From contig CAVSVB010000009.1 of the NCBI GenBank assembly GCA_963731155.1, positions 46,828-110,827 of the forward strand: a stretch of 64,000 nt of DNA, in the 5' to 3' direction. Below are positions 10,763 to 20,937 of the stretch, piece by piece. Both the position numbers and the translations under genes were made by a program. The notes beneath the pieces were generated by a model. The model saw only the letters and a list, made by a program, of their open reading frames with translations, was not told where the DNA came from and searched no databases. Every line of letters begins with the position of its first letter. Positions within the stretch are counted from its first letter, which is position 1. The DNA comes from an uncultured Acidobacteriota bacterium (GTDB lineage Bacteria > Acidobacteriota > Terriglobia > Acidiferrales > UBA7541).

Positions 10763-12016
10763 TCAGAACGCCTCCGCAACACCCATCGCCCAGGTATGAC
10801 CGTTCTTTCCGACAGCTGCGTCAACGCGAAGATTTACGTGATATTGCTTACTAAGCACAAATCTGACTCCCCCTCCGCCGCCCGGCAAAAAATTCCTGCT
10901 GTTAAACAATTGATCACCACCGGGAACAACTTCGCCAATTCCCCCGAAACCAACGATACCGAACCGCTTTGGCAACTCCAGGCGATACTCCAGCTGAGTC
11001 GAAACCATGTAACGATCGAGATACTGGCCCGCGGTATATCCGCGTAACTGGTTGTTGGTTCCATAAGCGCAGTTCCCGTAGAACGGTGGTTGGCCACCGG
11101 TGCCGCAAACTCCCAGGTTGTAGGCCAGTACCTGTTTTTTGCTTAGGCTCGCGAACTTACTGAAGCCAAATCTGTAGGATTGAAAGGAATACTTGCTGCC
11201 CAGATCTTTCGCAAAGAAGTCCGCTGTGAAATCCAACAGCATTCCAGTCCTGGGATAAAAACGATTTGAACGAGTGTCTCGCTGCAAGTGCACGCCAACC
11301 GCTCTCAGGTTGGTCCTCAGTCCGATGTCCGGAGGAGGAGGAATGCTGCCACCGCCAGTCCTGATCGTGATTGTTGAATCACCTGAAAAATAACGGGGAC
11401 CCAGGAAGAATTTCCAACCAACACGTCGCAAGAATTCCGCAAAAAAGAGTTGGCCTGTCTGCGTCAAGGGTAGTTTGAGATCAGCGTTTCCCGCGGCGAT
11501 GCCGATCCCGTACAAGTTGTAGTTCAAATTGCCGTGAACATATTCAGCAACTGCGTGATAACGATCATTCTTAAAGTAGAAATTCCCTGCTAATGCAAAT
11601 GCCCTGCTGCCGTTGTTTGTAACAAGGCCCGCTCCCCCAATCACAGAAGGAGGCGAAGCCTGGTCGTGGGTGCTTAGCGGGAAAATGTATCCCAGAATTG
11701 GAACGATTCCCGTGCCCAGGGCGGGGCTCGAAATCGGTAGGGGGGCAATCACAAACTCCCCGTGACGAGCTGATGTCTTCTCGGATGCAGGCTCCTGATT
11801 CTGAGAGGGGTCCGGATGCCTATCGGCGTTCGACCGACTGGGATTCTGTTCACTGGTATCAGATTCCGAGGATCCTTCTGGATGCTCCTGTGCCATTACT
11901 AACACGCCCGAAGGAACCCACAAACATTGACCGGTTAACAGGAAGACTAGGATCCACCAGTGTCGCGGAAGGTTGGTGGAACTTTTCAACCGGACCTCCT
12001 CCGACCCCAAGGACAC
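10763..12016 (-). CDS. BamA/TamA (Omp85) family beta-barrel protein without POTRA domains
   Basis: RDTRSNRFYPRTG, LRGY motif, QLEYR, GGGVRF, terminal GVAEAF. Confidence 0.85.
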   Translation of the reverse strand: MSLGSEEVRLKSSTNLPRHWWILVFLLTGQCLWVPSGVLVMAQEHPEGSSESDTSEQNPSRSNADRHPDPSQNQEPASEKTSARHGEFVIAPLPISSPALGTGIVPILGYIFPLSTHDQASPPSVIGGAGLVTNNGSRAFALAGNFYFKNDRYHAVAEYVHGNLNYNLYGIGIAAGNADLKLPLTQTGQLFFAEFLRRVGWKFFLGPRYFSGDSTITIRTGGGSIPPPPDIGLRTNLRAVGVHLQRDTRSNRFYPRTGMLLDFTADFFAKDLGSKYSFQSYRFGFSKFASLSKKQVLAYNLGVCGTGGQPPFYGNCAYGTNNQLRGYTAGQYLDRYMVSTQLEYRLELPKRFGIVGFGGIGEVVPGGDQLFNSRNFLPGGGGGVRFVLSKQYHVNLRVDAAVGKNGHTWAMGVAEAF

Positions 12017-12073
12017 GTCGTCGCTTACTCTGATCGTGATTTGGACCCTAGACTGAGGGCGATCTTCTGCGCA

Positions 12074-12089
12074 CTGTTAAAACTCACAG
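12074..12089 (-). promoter_or_regulatory. Regulon box upstream of the Omp85 gene (CTGTTA-AAAC-TCACAG)
   Basis: 10/12; TAGGGT 23 nt downstream. Confidence 0.72.
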
Positions 12090-12250
12090 AGCTGCACGCG
12101 CATTCGCCCGTGCTTGACGTCATTTTAATGAGGGGGGGATCCAGTTGGGGGGACTACGGTCGGGTGTGCCGATCCTGCCTTGTTGGTGTCTCGGCCTGGA
12201 TCCCTTTTGTCGAATTGCGCTCAAGTATGATTCTCAGAGCGACATTTCAG

Positions 12251-12266
12251 CTGTCAAAACTGTTAG
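12251..12266 (-). promoter_or_regulatory. Second regulon box (CTGTCA-AAAC-TGTTAG)
   Basis: 10/12; CATACT 21 nt downstream (non-canonical spacing). Confidence 0.55.
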
Positions 12267-12426
12267 CGGAGAAGAACAGTGGAGTTTGGGTGCCCACTCT
12301 CCGCCTTTAGGCGCGAAAATAACCTGTTCGGCCTCCGATCCGTGATCATGGTTGTGTATCGAATGGAGATACCGCCACGGGTCAGGACGTCGACGCCGGG
12401 ATTGCTGCGACCGCCTCCACGGGATT

Positions 12427-13065
12427 TCACTGAACCAAGAGTTTTGATTTGATAGCGTACTGAATCAACTCAGCGGTAGTCCTGATATTCAACTCATCCA
12501 TGACTCGGTACTTGTGGAATGCCACAGTCCGCGCCGTAACCTTCAAGATGCTGGCTACCTCTTTCATGGATTTCCCTTCCGCCAGCAGCTGCACCACCTC
12601 TCGCTGCCGGGGCGTAAGGATCTTCGACTGCCCCTTAGCTTGCGGATTCTTGATAAAAGATTCCTGCATGCCGCGCCGAATCTGCGGTGTTACGTAAGTT
12701 TTTCCCTTTAGCGCCAGATGGATCGCGCAAAGCATTTCTTCGACCGCGGAACTCTTCAAAAGATACCCAGACGCTCCGCAGCGCATCGCTTCCACGGCTA
12801 GGTCAGGATCCTCGTTCATAGTGAGGAAAATCAGCTTCGTCGCGGGTATCCGTTCCTTTAATCTCAAGCCAGCCTCCAAACCATTCATCAAGGGCATACC
12901 GATGTCAGCCACGATCACGTCGGGATTGAGCTGGGGGGCGGTCTCCAGTAATGCGCGTCCGTCCGATACGGTGCCAACCACTTCGTAGTGGGGTTCCAAG
13001 AGTTTGCGAAATGCCTCGACCAGAATCGTGTGGTCGTCAGCCAACATAAGCCGAGGTAGTGTCAT
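12427..13065 (-). CDS. NarL/FixJ-family response regulator (REC + LuxR-type HTH)
   Basis: LADDH, phospho-acceptor ADIGMP, GYLLK, HTH LTPRQREVVQLLAEGKSMKEVA...TVAFHK; ATG at 13065 with GGAG RBS (ORF track starts at 13077). Confidence 0.95.
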   Translation of the reverse strand: MTLPRLMLADDHTILVEAFRKLLEPHYEVVGTVSDGRALLETAPQLNPDVIVADIGMPLMNGLEAGLRLKERIPATKLIFLTMNEDPDLAVEAMRCGASGYLLKSSAVEEMLCAIHLALKGKTYVTPQIRRGMQESFIKNPQAKGQSKILTPRQREVVQLLAEGKSMKEVASILKVTARTVAFHKYRVMDELNIRTTAELIQYAIKSKLLVQ

Positions 13066-13117
13066 GGGGTACTCCACTCGCAGACCTGATGCTATGAACC
13101 TAGCATACTACCGGATA

Positions 13118-13133
13118 CTGTCACTCTTGACAG
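13118..13133 (-). promoter_or_regulatory. Regulon box, perfect (CTGTCA-CTCT-TGACAG), in the regulator's own promoter
   Basis: 12/12; TAGCAT 23 nt downstream (13089..13094). Confidence 0.9.
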
Positions 13134-13191
13134 GCTTTGTCACACCACACCATTGAAGGTGCGAGTTCAAGAAGGGGTCTGGAACAATTGG

Positions 13192-15828
13192 TTATTTTTG
13201 CCGCAGATCGCGATGAGTCTCCGATGATGTTGCCTTGGCGTGTTTCGGCTTGGCCGGGTAGGCAAGGGGAGCCGGGCCCGCACCATCGCCGGCGAAGCTT
13301 GCGCTCACGAAGGCGTCGACGCTGCGAACATGCAAGTCTTGCTGCGGGAACGGTATTTCGATCCCGGCTTTTTCTAGTGTTTTGGCGATTGCAATCACGA
13401 CCTCGCTTTGCAGTTGAAGCCAGGTATCCTGGTGAGCAGACCAAAAGCGAAGCTCAAAATTCAACGCGCTATCGCCAAAACCGAGAAAGAAAGCTGTGGG
13501 CGGCCGCTCACGCAATACTCGGGGATTTGATTCAGCGACCTCGACAAGTAGTCTCAACAGGAGTTCGGGATCCGTGCCGTAGGCTACTCGTACCGGCACG
13601 TCAACACGCCGCCATTGTGAAGATAGGGTCCAGTTGATTACTTGGTTCGAAATAAAATTGCTGTTGGGTACGATGACTTCGGCACCCTGGAAAGTCAGGA
13701 TGGTGCTTGATCGAGCACCTATCCGTCGCACAGTACCCACCAATCCACCAATATCGACAGTGTCGCCCAGACGGATCGGTCGCTCGAAGAGAAGGATCAG
13801 CCCGGAAACAAAGTTGTTCACGACGTTCTGGAGGCCGAACCCGAGGCCGACACCGAGGGCACCAGTAAGCACAGTAAATTTATTCAGCTCAAATCCCGCG
13901 GCGGCCAGAGCCACAATCGCGACCATTAGCAAGAGCACGTAATATGTTACCGTGGAGACGGCAAATGCCACGCCGTGCTGAAGGAGCATTCTGGGAAGCA
14001 GAAATCTCTTCAACATGAAAGTGAGAGCTCTTGCTAGGCCATACCCAGCGAGCATCACCAAACTGATACTCAGAAAGTCGCCGAGGGTGAAGTGAAGTTT
14101 CCCGTAACCGAACGAGTAATCTAGGACGTTCGAAATTGCGTTTATGATCGTGTCGTGGATGGCCAGCAACTGGGACAAACCGTTGAGCCATGCGAGAGTG
14201 GCAGCAAAAGCAAGAACACGGCCAGCCCAGCGCTCGAAGAAGGCGAGGCGCGCATTAAAGAGGAGTCGGGCCCAATCAGTTCGCAGCAGTATCGCGAGAA
14301 TCAGGGTCAAGACACGCGCTGCGCAGTACAGAGCCACCCCGCCGAAAAATCCAAAGAGCACGCTGATGCCTAGAACCTGTGAAAGCGAGAGGAAGCCGAA
14401 AAAGTTGCTGGCAAAAGATCCAGCGAGCACCACTATTCCGGTTCGCACGCCGAATACTAAGAGCCGAGAACGGCGATCCTCCATTCCCAATTGACGGAGC
14501 CGCGTGGGACGAATCATCCAGGCCAGAAGAATCAGGGCCAGCAGCGTATTCAAGACGAAGACATCTCTTTTCAGGACAGGGGAGAGTGGTATCAGTATCC
14601 GGGTCCCCTCCAAGAGGAGAACAGGGAGGATGGCATACAACAAGAAACGAGGCCCCGGCCGGATCAAGGGGGGTAGCAAGCGCAGTATTGGAATTAGCCA
14701 GAGCAGTGCAAAGAGCATGACAACGTCGGACGTTGTGGACTGGAATCGGCCAATGGTGCCGATCAAGGAGACAACTAAAGCTACGGAATAGGGACGTGAG
14801 CAAATCGTCCGAGCCTGTAGCGGAAGCTCGGCTTCATCCCGGGCGCTGATATAAGCTTTGAGCCTGAAGACAGAGAAGAGGGACAGCCCATAGAGGGCAA
14901 GTGCGAAAAGCGCCCGCAACTTATGCGAACCGAGGAGATCGCCGGCGTCCTCTAGCTCTCGCTCAACAGTTCCGTGGACCGATAGGGTCATTGGTCGATC
15001 GAGATTGCGCAACTCGCGAGTTTCCCAAAGGGCGTGACCATCTCTCGCGAAGAGATGGCCACGCAGCTGCTCGCGGGCCTGACTCAGTTGGTTCAGAACC
15101 TCGCCAATCAGCTGTTCCTGCTGCGAAATTTGGTTCTGTAGCGTCAAAACCAGGTTTAACTGCTCTTGAACCCTGGTTCGCGTGGCCTTTATCGAATTCA
15201 ATTCCTGCTGAACGCGATCCACTACCGCCGTGATACCCAGTGTTTGGCGTATCTGATCGAACGTAGCTTGCCAGACCGCCTGTTGTACTTCGAGCCATTG
15301 AAGTTGATTTCCAAGTGAGGTGGCGCGCGAGGTCAACAATTTACGTTGGGAAGTGAACTCTTGATTCAGAGTGACCCAATATTGATCTTCGACCCGTAGA
15401 TCCAGCGAGGTCGGAATGCTTTTAATCAGCGCGTCCACGACGAGCGTCCGTTCGCGAATTTCCACGGCTCGCGCTTGGGTGGCACTTTCGGATGGCAAGG
15501 CCTGCTGTGTGGAATTCAATTCCTGGTAAATCTCCAACATGTGGTTATGCAATTCTTTTGCTTGGTCAGCAATCTGGGGCAGCGGAATGGCTTGTACAGC
15601 AGGGGAAGGAAGCGGAGTTGTTTTGCTCCCATCGGAGATTCCAGAATTTGCCGCCGGCGCGGGCGCGGCCGGAGGATTCTGCGCTTTGCCCACACGAGGC
15701 GAGGCTGAGGAAAGAGCGAACAGAACTACGGCAAGCACGAAGGGACGTTGCCGTCCGCCCCTGGCGGGGTTGTGCAAAACGACCTTCGTGGCTTGCCGAT
15801 AAGGTGCCTCTCCATAGCCCAAAGTCAT
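13192..15828 (-). CDS. Large MscS/MscK-type mechanosensitive channel
   Basis: Periplasmic coiled coil, many TM helices, GALGVGLGFGLQNVVNNFVSGLILLFERPIRLGD, GIEIPFPQQD. Confidence 0.93.
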   Translation of the reverse strand: MTLGYGEAPYRQATKVVLHNPARGGRQRPFVLAVVLFALSSASPRVGKAQNPPAAPAPAANSGISDGSKTTPLPSPAVQAIPLPQIADQAKELHNHMLEIYQELNSTQQALPSESATQARAVEIRERTLVVDALIKSIPTSLDLRVEDQYWVTLNQEFTSQRKLLTSRATSLGNQLQWLEVQQAVWQATFDQIRQTLGITAVVDRVQQELNSIKATRTRVQEQLNLVLTLQNQISQQEQLIGEVLNQLSQAREQLRGHLFARDGHALWETRELRNLDRPMTLSVHGTVERELEDAGDLLGSHKLRALFALALYGLSLFSVFRLKAYISARDEAELPLQARTICSRPYSVALVVSLIGTIGRFQSTTSDVVMLFALLWLIPILRLLPPLIRPGPRFLLYAILPVLLLEGTRILIPLSPVLKRDVFVLNTLLALILLAWMIRPTRLRQLGMEDRRSRLLVFGVRTGIVVLAGSFASNFFGFLSLSQVLGISVLFGFFGGVALYCAARVLTLILAILLRTDWARLLFNARLAFFERWAGRVLAFAATLAWLNGLSQLLAIHDTIINAISNVLDYSFGYGKLHFTLGDFLSISLVMLAGYGLARALTFMLKRFLLPRMLLQHGVAFAVSTVTYYVLLLMVAIVALAAAGFELNKFTVLTGALGVGLGFGLQNVVNNFVSGLILLFERPIRLGDTVDIGGLVGTVRRIGARSSTILTFQGAEVIVPNSNFISNQVINWTLSSQWRRVDVPVRVAYGTDPELLLRLLVEVAESNPRVLRERPPTAFFLGFGDSALNFELRFWSAHQDTWLQLQSEVVIAIAKTLEKAGIEIPFPQQDLHVRSVDAFVSASFAGDGAGPAPLAYPAKPKHAKATSSETHRDLRQK

Positions 15829-15902
15829 TTACCTTACTTCTGCAATCAAGAATCCAGGCTGGTCGCCACCCAAACAATATTTCCGGGAATGATTCATAGG
15901 CA

Positions 15903-15918
15903 CTGTCAGAAGTGGCAG
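15903..15918 (-). promoter_or_regulatory. Regulon box for the mscS-like gene (CTGTCA-GAAG-TGGCAG)
   Basis: 11/12; TATTGT 23 nt downstream on the minus strand. Confidence 0.85.
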
Positions 15919-15984
15919 GTAAGAGCAGGAACCGCCAATGTCATTTCCCCATGCCTCTCCACGCAACCTCGGCCGTGGCTCCCG

Positions 15985-16000
15985 CTGTAAGTTTTGACAG
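15985..16000 (+). promoter_or_regulatory. Regulon box for the divergent 16162 operon (CTGTAA-GTTT-TGACAG)
   Basis: 11/12; GAGTTT (A2/T6 conserved) 23 nt downstream on the plus strand. Confidence 0.75.
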
Positions 16001-16161
16001 TTAAAGACTCCGAAGCGTCGTGTGAGTTTGTCTGCTACTAGGATTCGCTGTGCCGCGTGCCGCAGCAGTCTCTGGCATGGTTCACATCTCCGGGTTTCCT
16101 TGGACGCGATGATCCTTAGCGGCTCGCGGGAGTTAGCTCAAGAGAGGAAGGCTCGAACCAT

Positions 16162-16710
16162 ATGAGATCCGTGAAACGACTGTTGTTGGCAATATTGTTT
16201 TTTCAATGTGTGATCGCTTCAAATCCTGTTCGCGCGCAAACCAAGACGCAAAAACCTGAAAGCAACACCGCGGTATCGGACGAGTCCGGTACGCAGAAGC
16301 AAAACCTGCAAGCTTACGTTGATCTCCTGCGCAAGAATGTGCGCCAGGAGAAGGCCGAAATCATGGGTGCGGTTATGGTGTTGAGCGCCGATGATGCCGC
16401 GAAATTTTGGCCGATCTACAGTGAGTATGACGCAGAACTGACCAAATTGAATGACCAGCGAGTCGAGAATATCAAGGAGTATGCCCGGGTCTACTACGGG
16501 GTGACCGATGAAAAGGCAGATGAGTTGATTCAGAAGTCGTTGGCATACCAAAGGCAACGCGCGGAGCTTTTGGCGAAAACCTATGAACGGATCAAGCAGG
16601 CGGTTGGGGCAATCACAGCCGCGCGTTTTGCCCAGGTTGAACACCAACTGCTGCTCATTATTGATTTACAAATCGATTCGTCGTTGCCGGTAGTCGGACT
16701 AGACAAGTGA
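16162..16710 (+). CDS. Conserved helical periplasmic protein
   Basis: Signal peptide, AAKFWPIYSEY motif, RBS present. Confidence 0.8.
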   Translation: MRSVKRLLLAILFFQCVIASNPVRAQTKTQKPESNTAVSDESGTQKQNLQAYVDLLRKNVRQEKAEIMGAVMVLSADDAAKFWPIYSEYDAELTKLNDQRVENIKEYARVYYGVTDEKADELIQKSLAYQRQRAELLAKTYERIKQAVGAITAARFAQVEHQLLLIIDLQIDSSLPVVGLDK

Positions 16711-16734
16711 ATTCAAGAAAAAGGAGTTACTCGA

Positions 16735-17349
16735 ATGCGTAAGTCATTCCTGGTGACGGCCGTCCTGCTGGCAGGGATGATGATCGGTTATCCGGCGATG
16801 GTAGGCAGTGCCGCCGCGCAACCCAGAAAAAAAGTCTCCGTTCCCGCAGGAACGCGAATGCTAATCCGAACCGTCGATCCGATAGACTCTAGCAAGCACA
16901 AGACTGGTTACCGTTTCACGGCGAGTCTCGAAACAAGCTTGCAGGCGGATGACACAGTCGTGGCGCCAAGAGGCACCACTGTTTATGGACGATTGGCGCA
17001 AGCTTCCTCTGCGGGCAAGATGTCCGGAAGCTCTCAGCTCACTCTCGAATTGACGGACATAGTCATCAATGGCACGCCCTATCCGCTGGTGACCAGCACA
17101 TACGAGATCAAAGGAAAAGGCGAAGGCAAAAAGACAGCTGGAAAGGTGCTGGGCGGCGCAGGGCTTGGCGCAATCATTGGCGGGATCGCGGGGGGCGGAG
17201 CGGGAGCCGCAATTGGAGTGGTGGCTGGCGCCGCAGGTGGAACAGCGCTTGCAGCTTCCAAAAAGGGCGAGCAGCTGCAGATCCCGAGCGAATCGCTGCT
17301 CGAGTTCCGAATCGAGCAACCAGTAACCCTCCCCGTCGCAGGGCAGTAA
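16735..17349 (+). CDS. Exported protein with glycine-zipper segment
   Basis: GGAG RBS, signal peptide, VSVPAGT, GGAGLGAIIGGIAGGGAGAAIG. Confidence 0.8.
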   Translation: MRKSFLVTAVLLAGMMIGYPAMVGSAAAQPRKKVSVPAGTRMLIRTVDPIDSSKHKTGYRFTASLETSLQADDTVVAPRGTTVYGRLAQASSAGKMSGSSQLTLELTDIVINGTPYPLVTSTYEIKGKGEGKKTAGKVLGGAGLGAIIGGIAGGGAGAAIGVVAGAAGGTALAASKKGEQLQIPSESLLEFRIEQPVTLPVAGQ

Positions 17350-17545
17350 TCGCGGCAACATTCGTTCGAGGCGGACAAAGCTTACTGCAGGCGCCAACGT
17401 CAGGCTCAGCTTCAAGGCAAGTCTGCGTCCGCTCCTCACGTACATCGAGGGCTGCCGTAAGGCATCGATTATGACCGGAGCAATTTCCGGAAGGCGGCTG
17501 GAAACTGCAGGGCCTTTACAGCGACAGGCACAGGAGCCGGCGTGC

Positions 17546-17740
17546 CTATTTGGTCTCTTTCAACAGCGTCAATTCGGTTGGCGGAACGCGAAGCTCTGCA
17601 AAGCCACAGTCCAAGCAGACCAAAAGCTGCTGACAAAAATAGACAGGAGGGTCTTTTATCCCTTGAATGTTCGTAGAATTGGCAGTCAAATCGGCATCGA
17701 ATTTTCGCAAATTGTCTGCTCCACAGACTCTGCACGGCAT
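17546..17740 (-). CDS. Small zinc-ribbon protein (CxxC...CLDCG)
   Basis: MPCRVCG...LLVCLDCGFAE; paralog at 32349..32624. Confidence 0.7.
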   Translation of the reverse strand: MPCRVCGADNLRKFDADLTANSTNIQGIKDPPVYFCQQLLVCLDCGFAELRVPPTELTLLKETK

Positions 17741-18004
17741 TTTGCCCCCAGACAGTTTTTTGTCATCAACAGCCGCGCACCGGCGCGCCACACTTGTCGT
17801 GTGCTGATGATGCGCACGATGTTAACACAGCACCCAACGCCCTGTCCTGAACATCAGTTCTGCCATGACGCTGGTAGAGTTAACAGTATTTAAAGCTTTG
17901 CGATTGTATTTTCATCTGTTTAGTGGTGCGTTGTGAAGTCCATCGCTACTGCATTTGGTCCGAAACACTATGTGCTTCCCACGCGCAGTCAGCGGGTGGG
18001 TCAA

Positions 18005-18412
18005 ATGAACAAAGTACGGATTCTGTTAGCCGATGATCACCCGCAGTTTCCAGAACTCGTGGAGACTCTGCTTGGAGCAATGTTTGAAGTCGTTGGAATA
18101 GTAGGGGACGGTCGAGCCTTAGTTGACGCTGGTCTGAACCTCAAGCCGGACGTAATCCTGACGGACATCTCCATGCCTGTGGTCAATGGCATCGAAGCTG
18201 TCGAACAACTGCGGAAAGCAGGTTGCGCCTCGAAGATCATCTTTCTGACGGTCCATTCGGATCCTGACTTTGTCCGGGCATGTCTTGCCACTGGGGCCTT
18301 GGGCTACATTCTCAAGGCTCGCGTCGCTCTCGATCTGCGCACGGCGATTCGTGAAGCACTGGCTGACCATCTTTTTGTTTCTCGCTTTGACGTTGAACAG
18401 AACTACACCTAG
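18005..18412 (+). CDS. Single-domain (REC-only) response regulator
   Basis: RILLADDH, TDISMP, GYILK; no output domain (ORF track starts at 17933). Confidence 0.9.
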   Translation: MNKVRILLADDHPQFPELVETLLGAMFEVVGIVGDGRALVDAGLNLKPDVILTDISMPVVNGIEAVEQLRKAGCASKIIFLTVHSDPDFVRACLATGALGYILKARVALDLRTAIREALADHLFVSRFDVEQNYT

Positions 18413-18556
18413 CTCCAGCAGGTCCAGGCGCTGCGAGTTATCGTTGGGTTCGGTCGGGTGATTTAGACAAAGAAGACAAAGATATGAAGCTGGACGAAGT
18501 GCCGGACACCCTGGGCGGGACCACCCACTTCGGGGCCCCTATCGGGAGAGTCTCAT

Positions 18557-19960
18557 CTACATCCGTTTGATCACAACCGCCGTCAGATCATCCTGCTGGT
18601 GGGTTCCTTCAGAGAATTCAACGACGGTCCGGTATAGAGTGGAAATGAGTTCACGGGGAGATTTCTCTTTCGATTGCCGAATCACTTCTCCCGATCGACT
18701 TACCCCGAATTGATCGCCGCTGGGGTTTGCCCACTCAAAAAATCCATCGGTTGCAAGTACCAACAGGTCTCCTGAATGCATTTCCAGGATCTCCGGAGGA
18801 GCAGACATCAGATTGGGCAAAATGCCGAGCGGCGGACCTTGAGATCCTCTCTCGTCAATCTGATCGGCGCTTAGTTTGTACACGAGTAGGGGGCCGTGTC
18901 CTGCAGAGAGTAGCTCCACAGTGGAACTTGCCGGCGTGCAGACCGCTGCTACAAACGTTACAAATCGTCCTTCACCGATGTCTCCTGCCAGCGCGCAGTT
19001 GAGCTCTTCCATTGCGGCCAGCAGCCCGTTCTGCGCCTTGAAGCTCGATCTGGCGTAGGCTCGACAGACCGCCGCCAGGAGAGCGGGCCCAATTCCGTGA
19101 CCGGTAACATCCGCCAGCGCCACCACGACCTTGCCATCGGGCAAGAGTTGCCAGTCATAGTAGTCTCCGCCGGTCTGATCGGCCGGCAGGTTCCAAGCTG
19201 CAATCTCGTAGCCCTTAAGCTCAGGCATGGAGCTCGGAAGCAAAGACTGCTGGATCGATCTTGCCACTTCGAGATCATGTTCCATGCGATCCATTTGGCG
19301 TCGCGTTTCTGCTTCCCGCAAAGCTGCGTCAACCTGCTTTCGAATTTCGCCGGCGACCATCCCGGCGACAAACCCGCCAATAACGAATTCCAGCGCAAAG
19401 TCAAAGACCGCTTTCTGAGGAGAAAGGAGGGAGGTGCCACCGGCAAATGACGGTTTCCAACCCAGAAAAAGTGCAGCTGCCAGGTAGCTAACTGCTGCCA
19501 CAAACCCAGACAGCCGACAAAGAGCCGGATTGAGACGGAGCGTCGACAGAATGATAAACAGAAAGAAGACCGGCACGGAAGGATGGGCAAGGGCTCGATA
19601 CGCCGGGTCGATGGAGGAACTCGAGGTCAACACAATGCCGAGTGCGGGAAGGGCATTCTCCACGACAATGTTGCCGATCCATGCTGCGTTTGGGAGTTCC
19701 CGCCGTTGCTCGTGCGCGCGATTCACCGCGCGCAACATCAGAAATTCGGCCCCCGCGAAGGGCGCCAGCACACCCAGCGTTGTCAACCACAATTGGACGT
19801 TTTCGTCACCACTGTGAATTAGGACGCGCACCGAGCGCAATAGAAAGGCGATGCCGATGGTCCCAAGGACAATCAAGAGGCGTAGCCGTTCACTCTTGAG
19901 GTGCGCCTGACGGAACGCCAGTGACTCGTTCTGCGTTTCACTCATGCTGGCTTCTTGCAC
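18557..19960 (-). CDS. Membrane-bound PP2C/SpoIIE-family Ser/Thr phosphatase
   Basis: N-terminal TM helices; GGDYYD, ADVTGHG, SAGH, ATDG, DDLTAVVIK. Confidence 0.92.
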   Translation of the reverse strand: MQEASMSETQNESLAFRQAHLKSERLRLLIVLGTIGIAFLLRSVRVLIHSGDENVQLWLTTLGVLAPFAGAEFLMLRAVNRAHEQRRELPNAAWIGNIVVENALPALGIVLTSSSSIDPAYRALAHPSVPVFFLFIILSTLRLNPALCRLSGFVAAVSYLAAALFLGWKPSFAGGTSLLSPQKAVFDFALEFVIGGFVAGMVAGEIRKQVDAALREAETRRQMDRMEHDLEVARSIQQSLLPSSMPELKGYEIAAWNLPADQTGGDYYDWQLLPDGKVVVALADVTGHGIGPALLAAVCRAYARSSFKAQNGLLAAMEELNCALAGDIGEGRFVTFVAAVCTPASSTVELLSAGHGPLLVYKLSADQIDERGSQGPPLGILPNLMSAPPEILEMHSGDLLVLATDGFFEWANPSGDQFGVSRSGEVIRQSKEKSPRELISTLYRTVVEFSEGTHQQDDLTAVVIKRM

Positions 19961-20071
19961 AAGAGCAAGAATTCGCTCTGCATTATTGGAGGCTCGGAGA
20001 AGGGGTGGGGTGGCACGCCCCTTCCCGCTGTTGCGACATTGGCGGCGAACTGAAGCAGGCCTGAATGAGCG

Positions 20072-20881
20072 TCATTCTGCCAGATGAAATCCGGCCGCCA
20101 GCTTCCGGATCGCAATTATCATCAGAGAAATCCCGCAGAAGAGAGCTCCCAAAAGCCCGATGAGCGGCAGTTCGCTGGCTGTTTTAGGGAGTTTTGAGGG
20201 CGCTGGCTCCGCCTTGGCTTCCTCTACTGGAGCTGGTGCTGGAGGCGCCATGACGATTAGGATTGGCACATCCGCTTTGGGGGCTGGCGGCGGGGGAGGC
20301 ATCGTTCCGCTTCTCCTCACTTCCTGAGTGACCATGGTTTCCGGGGTCTCGGTGACTCTCTGTGCGGAGACAACCATGCCCTTCTTCAGTTTAAAGGCGT
20401 CCGTTTCTTCCCCGTTTATCGTAAACTTCTGCCCCTTGGGGATTTTGAAGGTCTGGTTCGTGCCGTCCTCCAATGTCAAGGTAACAGAGTTGGGTGGTGA
20501 CACGTGCCACACCTTGCCGGTCACGGTTTCCACCTTCGTGATCAACCTCGGTGTGCTTGTGGTGATGGTCTGCCTCTCGACCTTCATGCCCGGCTTAACC
20601 TGGTGGACATTGAGTTGCCGGCCTTCGACGGTGATGGTTACGCTATCCGAGACATTGAAAAAGTTCCGCAGCGAACCGTCTTCCATCTTTATGACGAGGT
20701 CATTGCCGGAGACGTAGACAATCTCGCCGCGTTCGATCTTCACCTCCTTGGCTGCAGTGCCATGCTCTACTGTCTCGTTGCTTTTCACCTGCGCCGCCGC
20801 TGGCAGTGAGAAGGCAACACAAAGAGCGCCTCCCGCCAGCAGGCATTGCAAGATCGTCCTTGAGGACTTAGTTGAGATCAT
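20072..20881 (-). CDS. Sortase substrate (LPKTA sorting signal)
   Basis: Signal peptide, two internal repeats, Pro-rich linker, LPKTASELP + TM helix + IRK tail. Confidence 0.88.
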   Translation of the reverse strand: MISTKSSRTILQCLLAGGALCVAFSLPAAAQVKSNETVEHGTAAKEVKIERGEIVYVSGNDLVIKMEDGSLRNFFNVSDSVTITVEGRQLNVHQVKPGMKVERQTITTSTPRLITKVETVTGKVWHVSPPNSVTLTLEDGTNQTFKIPKGQKFTINGEETDAFKLKKGMVVSAQRVTETPETMVTQEVRRSGTMPPPPPAPKADVPILIVMAPPAPAPVEEAKAEPAPSKLPKTASELPLIGLLGALFCGISLMIIAIRKLAAGFHLAE

Positions 20882-20937
20882 TTTTTTTCTCCTTGTTTGG
20901 TATGTTCTTGCCTGTGGTACTCGAGACCCGCCTGTCC

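Noticed and set aside
17871-17886. Weak box CTGGTA-GAGT-TAACAG
   Set aside because: 9/12 with no convincing -10 at 23 nt; may be chance
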